From Chiloscyllium plagiosum (Eukaryota): DNA of 64,000 nucleotides. Both the position numbers and the translations under genes were made by a program. This document shows positions 1-11,639 of the stretch, one piece after another; position 1 is the first letter of the stretch, and each line of letters opens with the position of its first letter. The notes under the pieces are model-generated. The model did not search any database. It was not told where the DNA came from and saw nothing but the letters and a program-made list of their open reading frames with translations. Location: NCBI RefSeq assembly GCF_004010195.1, contig NC_057728.1, positions 53,662,990 to 53,726,989 of the forward strand, written 5' to 3'.

Positions 1-2
1 GA

Positions 3-194
3 TGTTGTGGTTCTGTTCGCCGAGCTGGGAATTTGTCTTGCAAACGTTTCGTCCCCTGTCTAGGCGACATCCTCAGTGCTTGGGAGCCTCCTGTGAAGCT
101 TCACAGGAAGCTCCCAAGCACTGAGGATGTCACCTAGACAGGGGACGAAACGTTTGCAAGACAAATTCCCAGCTCGGCGAACAGAACCACAACA
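3..194. repeat. Long spacer-less inverted repeat (2 x 96 bp) made of a Penelope-like terminal repeat
   Basis: Arms 3-98 and 99-194 are reverse complements centred on AAGCTT (96-101), with two mismatches seen (65/132, 88/109). Confidence 0.9.
118..157 (+). ncRNA. Minimal type-I hammerhead ribozyme motif (mirror copy on the minus strand at about 40-79)
   Basis: gca-CTGAGGA-t-GTCACCT-agac-AGGGGAC-GAAAC-GTT-tgc gives a CUGANGA core, stem II, GAAA, palindromic ACGT in place of stem III, and a 3-bp stem I (gca/tgc). Confidence 0.65.
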
Positions 195-362
195 AGAAGT
201 ACATATCACTGCAAAGGCCATTTTTGCTCCTTCACAATCTACAGACCCTAGACAGGGGACGAAACGTTTGCAAGACAAATTCCCAGCTCGGCGAACAGAA
301 CCACAACAAGAAGTACATATCACTGCAAAGGCCATTTTTGCTCCTTCACAATCTACAGACCC
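133..362. repeat. Tandem duplication, 114-bp unit x2
   Basis: cctagacagggg...tctacagac starts at 133 and again at 247; the ORF track shows the same 38-aa repeat. Confidence 0.9.
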
Positions 363-2239
363 AGAAAATAACACCATCTTGTTCCTCTGCAAACACTGCC
401 CCAGGTTAAATAGCTATGGCTTATATTTTATGTTTAATCAAGAGACATATCTCCAAAAACATATAATCAAGAAAGGACCCACTGTACTTACTAATACAGC
501 CTTTCTCTTGGACAGACTTAAAAAACAATTAACTTATCTGATTCTGTGCTGTGAACTTTGCCCAATAGTTCCTCCAAGATTAGTTGTGAATTTCACTGTT
601 AATTTTCCCAGGTGCACTCCGATGTCCAGCGATACACGAATTCAAACAGCAAAGGCGGTAACTGTGCAGGTTCTCTCTCTCTCTCTATCTCTCCTGCACT
701 GTCCTCACCATGTGCTTCCTTTGTCTACTCTTCTCCTTTTAAAACTGCTGTTATTTTGACTTTTTCTCTCCAAAGTCCCAAAACAATGCAACAGCATATA
801 AAACAGTAATTGCTGCTCCTGGAATTTGAGGAAATCACCTCCAACATCTAAAATACCTCAAAAAAAGGAGCAGCTCTTATAGCCAGAAATTTTTCCTGTC
901 CTCCATCTTGGATTACCCAGAATTCTTTCATATAATTTATTTTCCTTAAACTGGCTGTGCAGCCTCCTATCTCAAATGTATCAAGTCTACCAACCTATTG
1001 TGATGTCTGATTTCAATGTGATGTCAGTGTGCAGGTAAGGCTTATCCAATGACATCACTATTTGAGGCATCAAGCTGAGGACCTCTCAGCTTGATGTTTT
1101 GCACAATGAGATCACAATAATAGATTGTGATAGATTGTAAGCTAGATTGTTAAAAAATTGGTTCCAAAGGGCAATGGTGATAGGATTGTTTACCTTCTCT
1201 ATATCTCCTTATCCTGGTGAGCGATGATTCCAATGTGTTCTGAAACAATGATTGCACTTCTTTGGTTTGGAGTGCTGACAAACTGGACACTCCAGATCAT
1301 CAGTGGTACTAGATATCATTGATTAGGATACATGCTGGCTTGTACCCCAGAGGGAAGAGAGCCAATTGCAAAACAGTGTTTGCGTTTCTTGGATTTGGTG
1401 TGTTGCAGAGCTGGACACCACAAATAAACAGTGCAATTAATAGACCATTGATCAGGATCCACTAATAATAAATTATACCATATAAAGGGAGGCAGTCACT
1501 GGTGGGAATCTTAGTTGGAGCTGAATCAAATTCTTGCTATTCTATATATGTTGCTGCCAGGCTTTTCTACAATTCTTTGTTGAGAGAAAGCCAGGGGAGA
1601 TGAGCCAGTTTTATTGCCCACTATTCTAAATTTGCAGTAGCTGGGGTAAATGCCTGCCTGGCACCTCAGAGTGCAGTTGGTAAACATTTACATCAAAACA
1701 TAGAAAACAGTGCAGAAGTAGGCCATTCAGCCCTTTGAGCCTGCTCTGCCATTCCTTATGGCCATGGTTAATCATCCAAGTCAATAATGCTGTTCCTGCT
1801 TTTCTGCTAGATCCTTTGATTCCTTTAATCCCAAGTGCTTTATTCCAAATTAACCCATATCAAATTCATTAAGCACAACCTCTAGAATATCTCAAACAAT
1901 GTTAAAGACTACCTGAATGTATTTAGAGATTAAGGGAATGAGCACAATACTCAACACTGGAAATAGGTTGGTCAACCTGAGAGTTTGGAACGACTTGAAA
2001 GTGGGGCTGATTAACGATCAGAGATCAGGCATCAAATACAACTATTCCATCCTATCATGCAGCAGTAATAACTGATTTTATAATGTCTTTCATGAATTAC
2101 AATATGAGTTCAGGCATGATAAGGTTGAGGCCTAACAGCAACCTTCTAATGAATTTCCCAGTTGATATTGTTACCATAACTCCCATTGCATTCACAAAGT
2201 AAATTTGCTCAGATCGTGTAGTGGGTTGCCTCAAACATG

Positions 2240-2512
2240 GTTGGCATGATGGTTCAGTGGTTAGCCTCGGGTGACTGTGTGGAGTTTGCACATTCTCCCC
2301 GTTTCTCCTGTGGGTTGCCTCCGGGTGCTCTGGTTTCCTCCCACAATCCAAAAATGTGCAGGTTAGAAGAATTGGCCGTGCTAAATTGCCCATAGTCAGG
2401 GGTAAATATGGGGTAGGGGAATGGGTCTGGGTGGGTTACTCTTCAGAGGGTCAGTGTAGACTTGTTGGGCCGAAAGGCCTGTTTCCATACTGTAGGGAAT
2501 CTAATCTAATTC
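2240..2512 (+). mobile_element. HE1-like V-SINE, degraded head
   Basis: Central block tgtgtggagtttgcacattctcccc...tgggtt...ggtttcctcccacaatccaaa and a ctaatctaat tail, shared with copies at 24377, 27694 and 45958. Confidence 0.8.
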
Positions 2513-4497
2513 CCAGTTTACAAAACTATAGTGATATTTGATTACACTGTAATATACCTTGTGAAGGTTAGGCTATATCTGTGATATCACTGTTTGAGCC
2601 ATCAATTTAAACAGGGCTTGAACTAGATGGAATTTTATTCAGCTTCATTTAGGATACTGACTACAGCAAAATGTAGAGATAATAATAGAGTTTGATGAAA
2701 CTTCATTCAGCCATCCAGAAAGAGTACTGTACTACTAAATCTCTTATTATTACATATCATTGATTGCTTCTCAGTACACATGTTCGCTATCTGTTGGACA
2801 TTGTGTTTGTCTAGTACCAACCTGAAAACAATGTCTGACAATATTAGAAATGTGCCCCTTTAAGGGTATATGAGGACAACGTCTAAGTTAATTGAAAACA
2901 AGTGATGATGCTAATTGGAGTTTGTATTTAAAAACTAGGCTTTTCTTGAGTAAGAGGCAGCTTTCTGGATAGGTAAAGCATCCAGAAACTGAAACTGAAA
3001 CTTGTATTGAACAATAGTTTAACAATAAAACAGTGTCAATCTTAAAATGCCTTCAACTGCTGGATCCAATATACGAATATCAGTCAACAACATCTAGTAA
3101 TCATGCCATTTTATGTATCAGAAAAGTATGCAACATTTCCAATAACACAAGCAAAATTACTGGTTTGTAGCTATTAAAAGAATGTAACAAGAAACTTTAT
3201 TTCAAATAGACATGATGCTGTTATTCACCATAATCGGCAGTTTTTGCTTATATGTATTGAAAGTTAGTATTTTACACTTGATTTCAAAATGATCAAAGCT
3301 TGGGACTCATACATGTTCTTACTTTATAAAAAAGAAGAATCAAAGCCAGTTTATTTGCTGCATTGCTTCATAAAACCAAGCCGAACCATTATTTCACATA
3401 CACTCCCAATAAATTCTTCCTGGCCTGAAGAAGTGAACAGGTCACTCTGCATAGACAATACACAAAAAAATCACCTCAAAGCTGCTGTTCTTTAGGTGAG
3501 AAGAAACATAAGTTTTCTATCTTTATCTTCTATTACCATCAAGACTGCAGACTAATACGCTTGCATCAAATGACAATAGACTTTCAGCACTCATTGTAGA
3601 TAGTGCATACAGTACAGGATGTAATTCAGCACATCAGCAGAACTTGACCCTCTGGATCATGAACATGCCAAGTAAAGCAAAGTGCAATGGCAGTGCTTCA
3701 CAAATTATTTACCAATGTGACACCTTTTTAACATGTAAACAAATGAATTAGAATTAGGAGTAGATTATTTGGCTCCTCAAATATGCTCTGTCATTGAATA
3801 AAGTTATGGCTGATCTAATTGTAATCTTAACTCCACATTCTCGCCTATCTTGATCACTTTTCACTTCCTTGCTTTCTAAGAATTTATCCACTTCTGACTT
3901 AAAAATATTCAAAGATTCTGCTCCCACCACCTTTTAAGGAAGAGAGTTCCAACAACTAATTTACGCCAAATCTTTGTTTCCTGTTAGCTAGTCAATCTAT
4001 CCATAGCAATATCATGAGGTTGTATTTTCTACAATCTTTGACATGGCACCTTATCAAAAGCTTTCTGTAAATCTAACTGCAGTACACCTGCTGGTTCTCA
4101 AATATCCTCAACAGGTGTTATTTTTTCAAAAACTTTTACGTATCTCTTATATAGTGTTTTATACTTGCAAAGGTATTCTAACATCAAAGCTAATTATGAC
4201 TGAGGAATAAAGGCTGGCCTTGTCCGTCATGTCTACATCCATGAATGAAAATTAACATGACCCAAAATGGCAACAAAAACAATACATCAACAAAGCAGCA
4301 CAAATATATGCGGTATATTGTTGTTTGTGCATTATAGCTCAACACATTGTTATGATAATGGTAAATATGGACTCTGATATTCAACTTCCACAATCTGACT
4401 TAATACCTGAGACCTATTTGAATTAAAGTGCTTTTTTTTAAAAAAATCAAATACCAAACTAAAATGACTTCTTTGACTGTCTAAAAACAGATTGAGG

Positions 4498-4584
4498 ATT
4501 AGTGGTGCTGGAAGAGCACAGCAGTTCAGGCAGCATCCAAGGAGCTTCGAAATCGACGTTTCGGGCAAAAGCCCTCGTTGATTT
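4498..4584 (-). mobile_element. Short Penelope terminal-repeat fragment with a 16-bp target duplication
   Basis: Same sequence as 54928-55057; flanked by taaaaacagattgagg at 4482-4497 and 4585-4600. Confidence 0.75.
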
Positions 4585-5965
4585 TAAAAACAGATTGAGG
4601 CAAGTCGATGGAACCCATATAGAATACACTAAATTGCCCACATTAATATTATCATTTCAACTAAAGACAGTGAAACCAGACAAATAAGAAATTACTGGAA
4701 GTAGACTCAGGAGTATACAAACAAACCATATTTCAGGAGTTTACTTGACAATGCATAAAAACAGCACCTGGAAGACTTCAGTACTCTTTTTTTCTCTCAA
4801 GCTCCAAAGTCTGTGCCCAGTGAAATCGCAACTTTGATTAAAAAAAAGTCACCAAGATCGCAAGAATTATACAATTATCACTACTGCCGAGAGAACAAGA
4901 TAATAGCTAAACAAGCAAGGATTCAGGTTTCACTCTTTTCAAAGGCTCTAAGGCTTTTAAGCAGCATTGCTTAATTCCTCTGACTGTACTATCCTCTCCT
5001 TTTTTTAAGTTTATTACATGCGTTTGTGTGTGTTTAATGTCATGGTTTATGATAAATTTCCCGGGATAAGTTGGGAACTAAAATTCCTCCATTCCTTCAT
5101 TTTCCATTGAGTTCTGAAGGGTATGGCAGTTGTGTATAAAAACAACACTTTTTAAAAATTTGTTGCGACTAACCAAGAGGGATTTAAAAAGAGCAGAGCC
5201 GATTCCCCTTGCTCACTTTGTATAACAATATCACAAAGTATTGTATAAATATGAACATCAGTGTCCTGGGCAAGATCTGGAGGCTGAAGCTGGGCTGCAG
5301 CTTATGGTTAGGTCAGGGCTGTATTGCTCCATCAGTAAAAGGTATTTGGATGGCAGCAATTTTGACAGGCTGATGGATGGCTGCCCATTAGTAAAAATTG
5401 TAAAAGAGCCACAATCCAAAAGTCAGAATTCTGCCAAGGAATAAAATGTTCTCATCCCTGCAGCAACTGAAAAGATCTAAACCTTTCCTTCCTACCTACA
5501 GAAAGACGCAGTTCAATCAGTAGTAAGGTAACTGGCTAGCCATTATACTCCCTGACCAATTTTCCATTTCATTGTATAAATGAGCAGTAAATTAACTATA
5601 CAATTAAGGGAGAGACTTGTCAATAGAAATTATGAATCGATTTTTAATTCTGTGAGGGGGTGAACTTTGAACAAGTTAAAAATTCCCTCTACAAGTTAGA
5701 AGTTCCAGCAATCATGTACACATAAAATTCAAGTAATTTAAAGTAATGGTGAAACGATGGTCTGTTTTGTAGACATTTCACAAACCTGTCCTGATGTTTT
5801 ATGTCACGTCTGGGGTGGGGTGGGACTTGAACCTAGACCTTCTGGCCCATAGATAGGAACAGTATCACTGCATCAAGAGGGTAGAGAGAGAAAGGACAGA
5901 AAGAAGGACTTGCATTTATATAATCCTTATCAGGACCAATGAACATCTCAAATCATTCTGACTCT

Positions 5966-8170
5966 GATCTAAAAGTGAGAGTTCTAAATTGGAGGAAGGC
6001 CAACTTTGACAGTACTGGCAAGAATCTTCAACAGTTAATTGGGGATGGATATTTGCAGGCAAAGGGATGACTGGAAAGTGGGAAGTCTTTAAAAATGAGA
6101 ATAATGAGAATCCAGGGACAGTATGTCACTGTTAGGGTCAATAAAATGTGCACTGGAAAAAGCAGAGCTGGTCAGGCAGCATCCGAGGAGCAGGAGAGTC
6201 AATGTTTTGGGCGAGATCCTTCATCAGAAGTCCTGGTGAAGGGTTCTGCCCAAAACTTAGACTCTCCTGCTCCTCAGATGCTACCTGACCTGCTGTGCAT
6301 TTTCCAGCACCACACATTATCGATTCTATTCTCCAGCATCTGCAGTCCTCCTTGTCCTTGTTCGGGTGAATGGCAAGGCTGTTAGATATAGAGAATGCTG
6401 GATGACGAGAGAAATTGGAATTCTGGTCAAGAAGAAGAAGGAAGCATATTTCAGGTATAGACAGCATGGATCAAGTATTTCCCAGAGGAGTGTAAGGGCA
6501 GTAGGCGTACACTTAAGAAGAAAGTCCAGAGGGCAAAAAGGGGGCATGAGATAGGTTTGGCAAATAGGGTTAAGGAGAATCCAAAGGGTTTCGCAAATAC
6601 ATTAAGGACAAAAGAGTAAGTATGGAGAGAATAGGGCCCTTTAAAATTCAGCAACGTAGCCTATGTGTGGATCCGCAGGAGAAGGGTGAGATTCTAATTA
6701 AGCATTTTCCATTAGTGCTTACAGTGGAGAATAAATTGGAGGCTAGAGAACTTAGGGAAATAAATAGTAATATCTTAAAAAGTGTCCATATTACAGAGGA
6801 GAAGGTGCTGGACATCTTAAAATGAACAAAGGTTGATAAATCCCCAGGAATGAAGCAGTTGTACCCTTGAACTCTATGGGAAGCGAGGGAAGCATTGCTG
6901 GGCCCCTTGCTGAGGTATTTGTATCATCAATAGCCAAAGGTGAGATGCCGGAAAACTAACGTGGTGCCAATATTTAAGAAAGGTGGTAAGGAAAAGCCAG
7001 AGAACTATAGACCAGTGAGCCTGACATTTATGTTGGAGGGGATTCTAAGGGACATGATTTAAATGTGTTTGGAAAGGCAAGGACTGATTAAGGATAGTCA
7101 ACATGACTTTGTGTGAGGGAAATCATGTTTCACTAATTTGATTAAGTTTTTGAAGGAGTGACAGCATGGTGGACATTGTCTGTATGGACTTCAATAAGGC
7201 ATTCAACAAGGTTCCGCATGGTAGACAAGTTAACAAGGTTAGATCACATGGAATACAGGGAGAGATAGACATTTGGATACAAAATTGACCAGAAGGTAGG
7301 AGACAGAGGATGATGGTGGAGATTTGCTCTTTGGACTTGAGGTCTGTGACCAGCGGTGTGGCACAGGGATTGGTGCTGGGTTCACTGCTTTTTGTCATTT
7401 ATATAAATGATTTGGATGTGAATGTAGGAGGTATGGTTAGTAAATATGTAGATGACACCAAAATTGGTGGTGTAATGGACAGCCAAGTAGGTTACCTAAG
7501 TGTATGACAGGGCTTTGATCAGTTGGACCGATGGACCAAGGAGTGGCAGATGGAGTTTCATTGAGATTAAAGTAAGGTGTTACATTTTGTAGCTGTACAG
7601 GGCATTGGTTAGGTCACATTTGCAATGCTGTATTCAATCCTCGTCTCCCTGCTATAGGAAAGATGCCATTAAACTTGAAAGGGTTCAAAAGGATTTACAA
7701 GATAGCGGTTGAAGGGTTTGAGCTATAGGGAGAGGCTGAATACGCTGAGCTGTTTTCCCTGGAGTGTATGAGGTTGAGAGATGACCTTATAGAGGTTTAT
7801 AAAATCATAAAGGATATGGATAGGGTGAATAGCCAAGGTCTTTTCCCCAGGGCAAGGGAGTCCAAAACTAGATGGCACAGATTTAAAGTGAGACGGTAAA
7901 GATTGAAAAGGAACGTAAGGGGCAACTTTTTCAGACAGAAGGTTGTGTGTGGGTGGAATGAACTGCCAGAGGAAATAGTGGAGGCTGATACAATTACAAA
8001 ATTTAAAAGGCATCTGGATAGGTATATGAATAAGAAATATTAAAATGGAAATGGGCCAGATGCTGGCAAATGGGACTAGATTAATTTAGGACATTTGGTT
8101 AGCATGGACAAGTTGGACCAAAGGGTTTTTTTGTCATGCTGCACATCTCTATGACTTTATAACTCTATAA
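5966..8170 (+). mobile_element. CR1-type LINE ORF2 remnant (5'-truncated, frameshifted)
   Basis: Fragments DKSPG, NYRPVSLT, 'SGVAQGLVLGSLLFVIYINDLD...SKYVDDTK' and a short-repeat 3' tail; interrupted by a pLTR hairpin at about 6141-6360. Confidence 0.9.
6141..6360. mobile_element. Head-to-head pair of degraded Penelope terminal repeats nested in CR1
   Basis: ctggaaaaagcagagctggtcaggcagcatc... is mirrored by ...gatgctacctgacctgctgtgcattttccag; decayed hammerhead cores lie at the centre. Confidence 0.7.
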
Positions 8171-8171
8171 C

Positions 8172-8495
8172 TAATAAAATACTTTTGAAGTGTAACTCTA
8201 GTCAGACAAAAAGACGCATTGTAGTCAATCGGCACAGAGCAAACTCCCACAAACTACAAACAAGATATATGTGTTTTGCAATGTTGTTTGATGGAGCAAT
8301 ATTCATCAGGTGACCAAAATTACTTCTTTTGCTTTTCTTTAAAGTAGTGCCATAGAATCTCAGTGTAACATTTGATCTAAAAGATGGCACTTCCAATGTT
8401 CCTTCAGTACTGAAGTTGGAATGTCAGCCTTGGTTTTATGCTCAAGTCCTGGAGCGATACTTGAACCTAGAACCTTATGACTCAGAGGTGTCAGG
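8172..8495 (-). mobile_element. Ancient Deu-domain SINE (SacSINE1/AmnSINE-like) relic, probably split by the CR1 (other part about 5905-5960)
   Basis: Recognised blocks ctcccacaaac, gtagtgccat, aaagatggcacttcc, gctcaagtcctggag...ttgaacc...gactcagagg; ttgcatttatata block at about 5910. Confidence 0.5.
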
Positions 8496-9216
8496 TCCTC
8501 AAATGTACACAATACATTAAACTAGAATTTAACGAAGTGACTCATGCCAGTACAGCTAACCAGCAGTAATCTTTACACCAGAATGACTACTAACACCACA
8601 GTCAGTCCACAATTCCACTGCTGGCATCACATTTTGAAGTTCAGGTTTAGGATCATATTTTGGGGGTTCGGGTTACTGTGTAAAATTCTCAACACATGTC
8701 AAGAATAGCTCAACTTGCTATTGATGTTACGCTTATCATATATGTAAAATTCAAGTTGCCTTCTAGATTAATTGTGTTTGTGCCTGTAGGTTGAAAACTA
8801 AAGTTTAAGGGTTGACATTCTCTTTCTTTATCTTTGAAAATAGCTGCACAGAAGCAGGTATCCTGTCATCAAGTCATCCTTTAGGTACATGCGCAGAGTA
8901 CTTGAGCGCTAACCATGTAGCTCAGAGTCGGTCCTTATACTCTTTGATATTCATGTTTATATCTGTCAGCCAGGGCTCCCTGATTGGCAACGCCAATTAA
9001 GGATCTCATAGTCAATAAAATCCACCTGGCCTTTGCTCCAACCCTATTATCTGTCTTCACAACAATATTATACATGAAATGCCATGGTAAGTTGTCCTGC
9101 TCATCATGGTATCCCATGTATCTGGCCACCAAGCACTCCATATACCAGCCCATGTACCTATTCATCCTGGCAATCCATTAACCTGCCCACTCTGATATCC
9201 AAGCAGGTTTTGAACT

Positions 9217-9481
9217 GCGCTACGATTTTTAACATCCCACCTTTTCAACTTCTCAAACTTTCGTTGACTCTGTGCCGCCCCCCCAAAAAAACTAAGAGGC
9301 AAAAAAAACGAAAATAATTCACTCCCTCAGCAACCGTCATCAGGGCACGCGCTACGATTTTTAACATCCCACCTTTTCAACTTCTCAAACTTTCGTTGAC
9401 TCTGTGCCGCCCCCCCAAAAAAACTAAGAGCCAAAAAAAAACGAAAATAATTCACTCCCTCAGCAACCGTCATCAGGGCAC
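9217..9481. repeat. Tandem duplication, about 132-bp unit x2, immediately upstream of the promoter
   Basis: gcgctacgatttttaacatccc...cagggcac occurs twice; copies differ at gaggc(A8) versus gagcc(A9). Confidence 0.9.
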
Positions 9482-9489
9482 TGTTGTGC

Positions 9490-9610
9490 CGTTGGTGACG
9501 TCAGCTGGCCAGCGGGCGGACCTCATCGGCAGTATCCCAGGGCAACCATCTGACCCCGCCCCCTCGATGTGCACGTGAGATTGCGTGCGCAGACTGTGAG
9601 TATAAGAGAC
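9490..9610 (+). promoter_or_regulatory. CpG-rich Pol II promoter of the CCER1/HEXIM-like gene
   Basis: Full CRE TGACGTCA 9496-9503; GC boxes GGGCGG 9514-9519 and CCCCGCCCC about 9554-9562; X-box-like GTATCCCAGGGCAAC 9532-9546; E-box CACGTG 9572-9577; NRF1-like TGCGTGCGCA 9582-9591; TATAAG 9601-9606. CpGs are locally enriched (about 9480-9850) in a CpG-poor window. Confidence 0.7.
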
Positions 9611-10079
9611 GTTTCCAGAAGACTGTCCGTTAGTGTCTGCTGGGAGAGGCGGAGCAGTAAGAGGGGGTGGTGATTGTAGCAGGTTGATCCAAGAGGGCTT
9701 CCTTTTAAACTCTCAGGATTTCAGTTTCTTCGAAAAAAAAAGTTTCAGACGACGGGATTTTGTGCTGGGCGGAGGTGTGTTTCCCGATTTGTACGGGGTG
9801 TTAGTCAGAGACGTTAGATCTCCGCGTTTGCTGAACTGCATCCTCGCCCACCTGTCCCCTTCTCCAACTTACTGATAAGTTCGTTGTCAAGGAAGCTTTA
9901 GTTTTGCCTATTGTAGGCACTGTGCAATTTTCTGATTACATTTTCTCGGGCTCATTTTGTACTGTCCGTGCTTGAGTGGCATTGGGCTGTTTCTAAAAGG
10001 CTTTAGTTTTTAAATTGGGATTAGGCCTCAGGAAAAGTGAGGTGGTGAGTTCCCTTCCTGCTCCCTCCTCCCTCAGACC

Positions 10080-10622
10080 ATGGGCGGTAATGTTATCACT
10101 GAAGGTTGGAAAAAGCCCCACTTCTTTCCAAAGAAGTCCAAATTCAGCAGATCCAAAATCTGCTCAGTTTGTCAGCAGAAACAGAGGAGGAGGAAGCAGC
10201 AATGGCACAAATACAGAAGAGGACGAACCTGCAATTGTATTGACCTTCGGGCTTTGCTCAGACCTGTTAATGTCAATGGCATGAGGGCACCTGGTATGAG
10301 GGCCCCAAGGAACACCACCCAGTTTCTAATGCATGAGAAGTACCAGGAACTCCAAAAGCAAGCTGCAGCCTCCCCCAACTACTGTCAAGAAGAGGGCAAC
10401 AGTATGATTGAGTACTTGTCTCACTTTGAATGTTCACGTGGGGGTCTAGAGCAAGCTCATGTTGACTCACTGAGAAATGATGAGCATGAGCAGTTGTCAC
10501 AAAATATGTCTGAGCAATATTCTTCCTCAGAGAAAGATGTAAACAGAACAGAGACATTCCTAAAGAGAGATTTTGAAGCTATGTATAACTGGTTGGAAGA
10601 GAAGGTGAATTCTGAGATCTAA
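10080..10622 (+). CDS. CCER1: CCER1-like (coiled-coil glutamate-rich protein 1 family) / HEXIM-related protein, 180 aa, single coding exon
   Basis: Intact ORF with ACCATGG Kozak; motif LLRPVNVNGMRAPGMRAPRNTTQFLM matches the recalled CCER1 signature; basic N-terminus and acidic C-half; no transposon sequence; upstream promoter and downstream AATAAA. Orthology versus paralogy is unverified. Confidence 0.75.
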   Translation: MGGNVITEGWKKPHFFPKKSKFSRSKICSVCQQKQRRRKQQWHKYRRGRTCNCIDLRALLRPVNVNGMRAPGMRAPRNTTQFLMHEKYQELQKQAAASPNYCQEEGNSMIEYLSHFECSRGGLEQAHVDSLRNDEHEQLSQNMSEQYSSSEKDVNRTETFLKRDFEAMYNWLEEKVNSEI

Positions 10623-10745
10623 TTAAAAACTATTTGACTTGCATCTTGGACCATTCAAGTTTGGAATTTTCAATTCTGCCAAATCCATCAGAAGCCAAAG
10701 ACTCTTGAAATGCAGGCTGTGTTAGGCTTTGAATTAATCTTGTAA

Positions 10746-10751
10746 AATAAA
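10746..10751 (+). terminator. Proximal polyadenylation signal
   Basis: AATAAA 124 nt after the stop codon, followed by T/GT-rich sequence. Confidence 0.45.
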
Positions 10752-11633
10752 AGTGTCAGATTTAGATATTTCTGTCTTTATGTATAATTAAAATTTTACA
10801 ATCTAATTGATTTGTTTCCATCTAGAAGTATGATGTTTCATATTTTTTCCTACAATCTAAAGGATTGTTTTGCAACAAGTGTTATTTTATATGCATTCTT
10901 TTTAGAACCTCATGAATACTAGAAAACAGTTTGGAGATATACTTCCAAAGTCTTTCACATTGGAAAATTCCTGGCTTCTGATTAAGCACCTCTGTTCTGT
11001 GATTTACAGTAACTTGGGCTAAACTCATGCTGGTGTAGCTATAATTTCTATTTTTTAAAACTTATTTCTATTCCCCTCATTTGAGATCTTTTAAGATGAA
11101 TTGCAATGGCCATATTCTTGCTTTTAATCAGAATGGTGGCAAATTAATATGTTCTGATGGGATGTACTTTTTCTACGTAAAAGTATGGTTTGGTAGTGAG
11201 CTATCTTTTGAACCCCATGAGGCTTTTTAAAAATCTAACTTGGTCTGGAATGTGAAGTTATGTGTTCCATGTTCTCTGATCTTAATTGGCAGAAAGTGGG
11301 TTAACCAATTTGTTTGCTTCCATTTATGCTGGAACCTCTTAGTCCCTCTGCCTCATTTATCTGAAGGATTTGAAAATCTGTAATGCAATTTGTAATGACT
11401 ACTCTGGACAACTCAGTGCATGGCAAATAGAGATGAATAATATTACAGTCTTTCGCAAGATTGCTGGCTAGAGTTTTCCATGACCTAAAGCTGGTTTCTC
11501 CATCTGATTTGGTTTACAAAGAGGAGGTTTGAGTTAATGATCTTTCTGCAAATAGTTGTCTGTATACCTTACTGGCTTTGTTTTTTTTTGGATTGACACC
11601 TAATTTTTGTACAGTTTTGCTTTTTCTTTGATG

Positions 11634-11639
11634 AATAAA
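11634..11639 (+). terminator. Distal polyadenylation signal
   Basis: AATAAA preceded by U-rich sequence and TGTA elements (tttttgtacagttttgc), at the end of about 1 kb of UTR-like sequence with no recognisable repeat. Confidence 0.5.

Noticed and set aside
127..759. 210-aa ORF with an internal 38-aa repeat
   Set aside because: It runs through a pLTR palindrome arm and a 114-bp DNA duplication, with no protein-family features.
10080..10622. Calling the gene HEXIM1 or HEXIM2
   Set aside because: It has PRNT rather than PYNT, no C-terminal coiled coil, and the RAPGMRAPRNTTQF context typical of CCER1.
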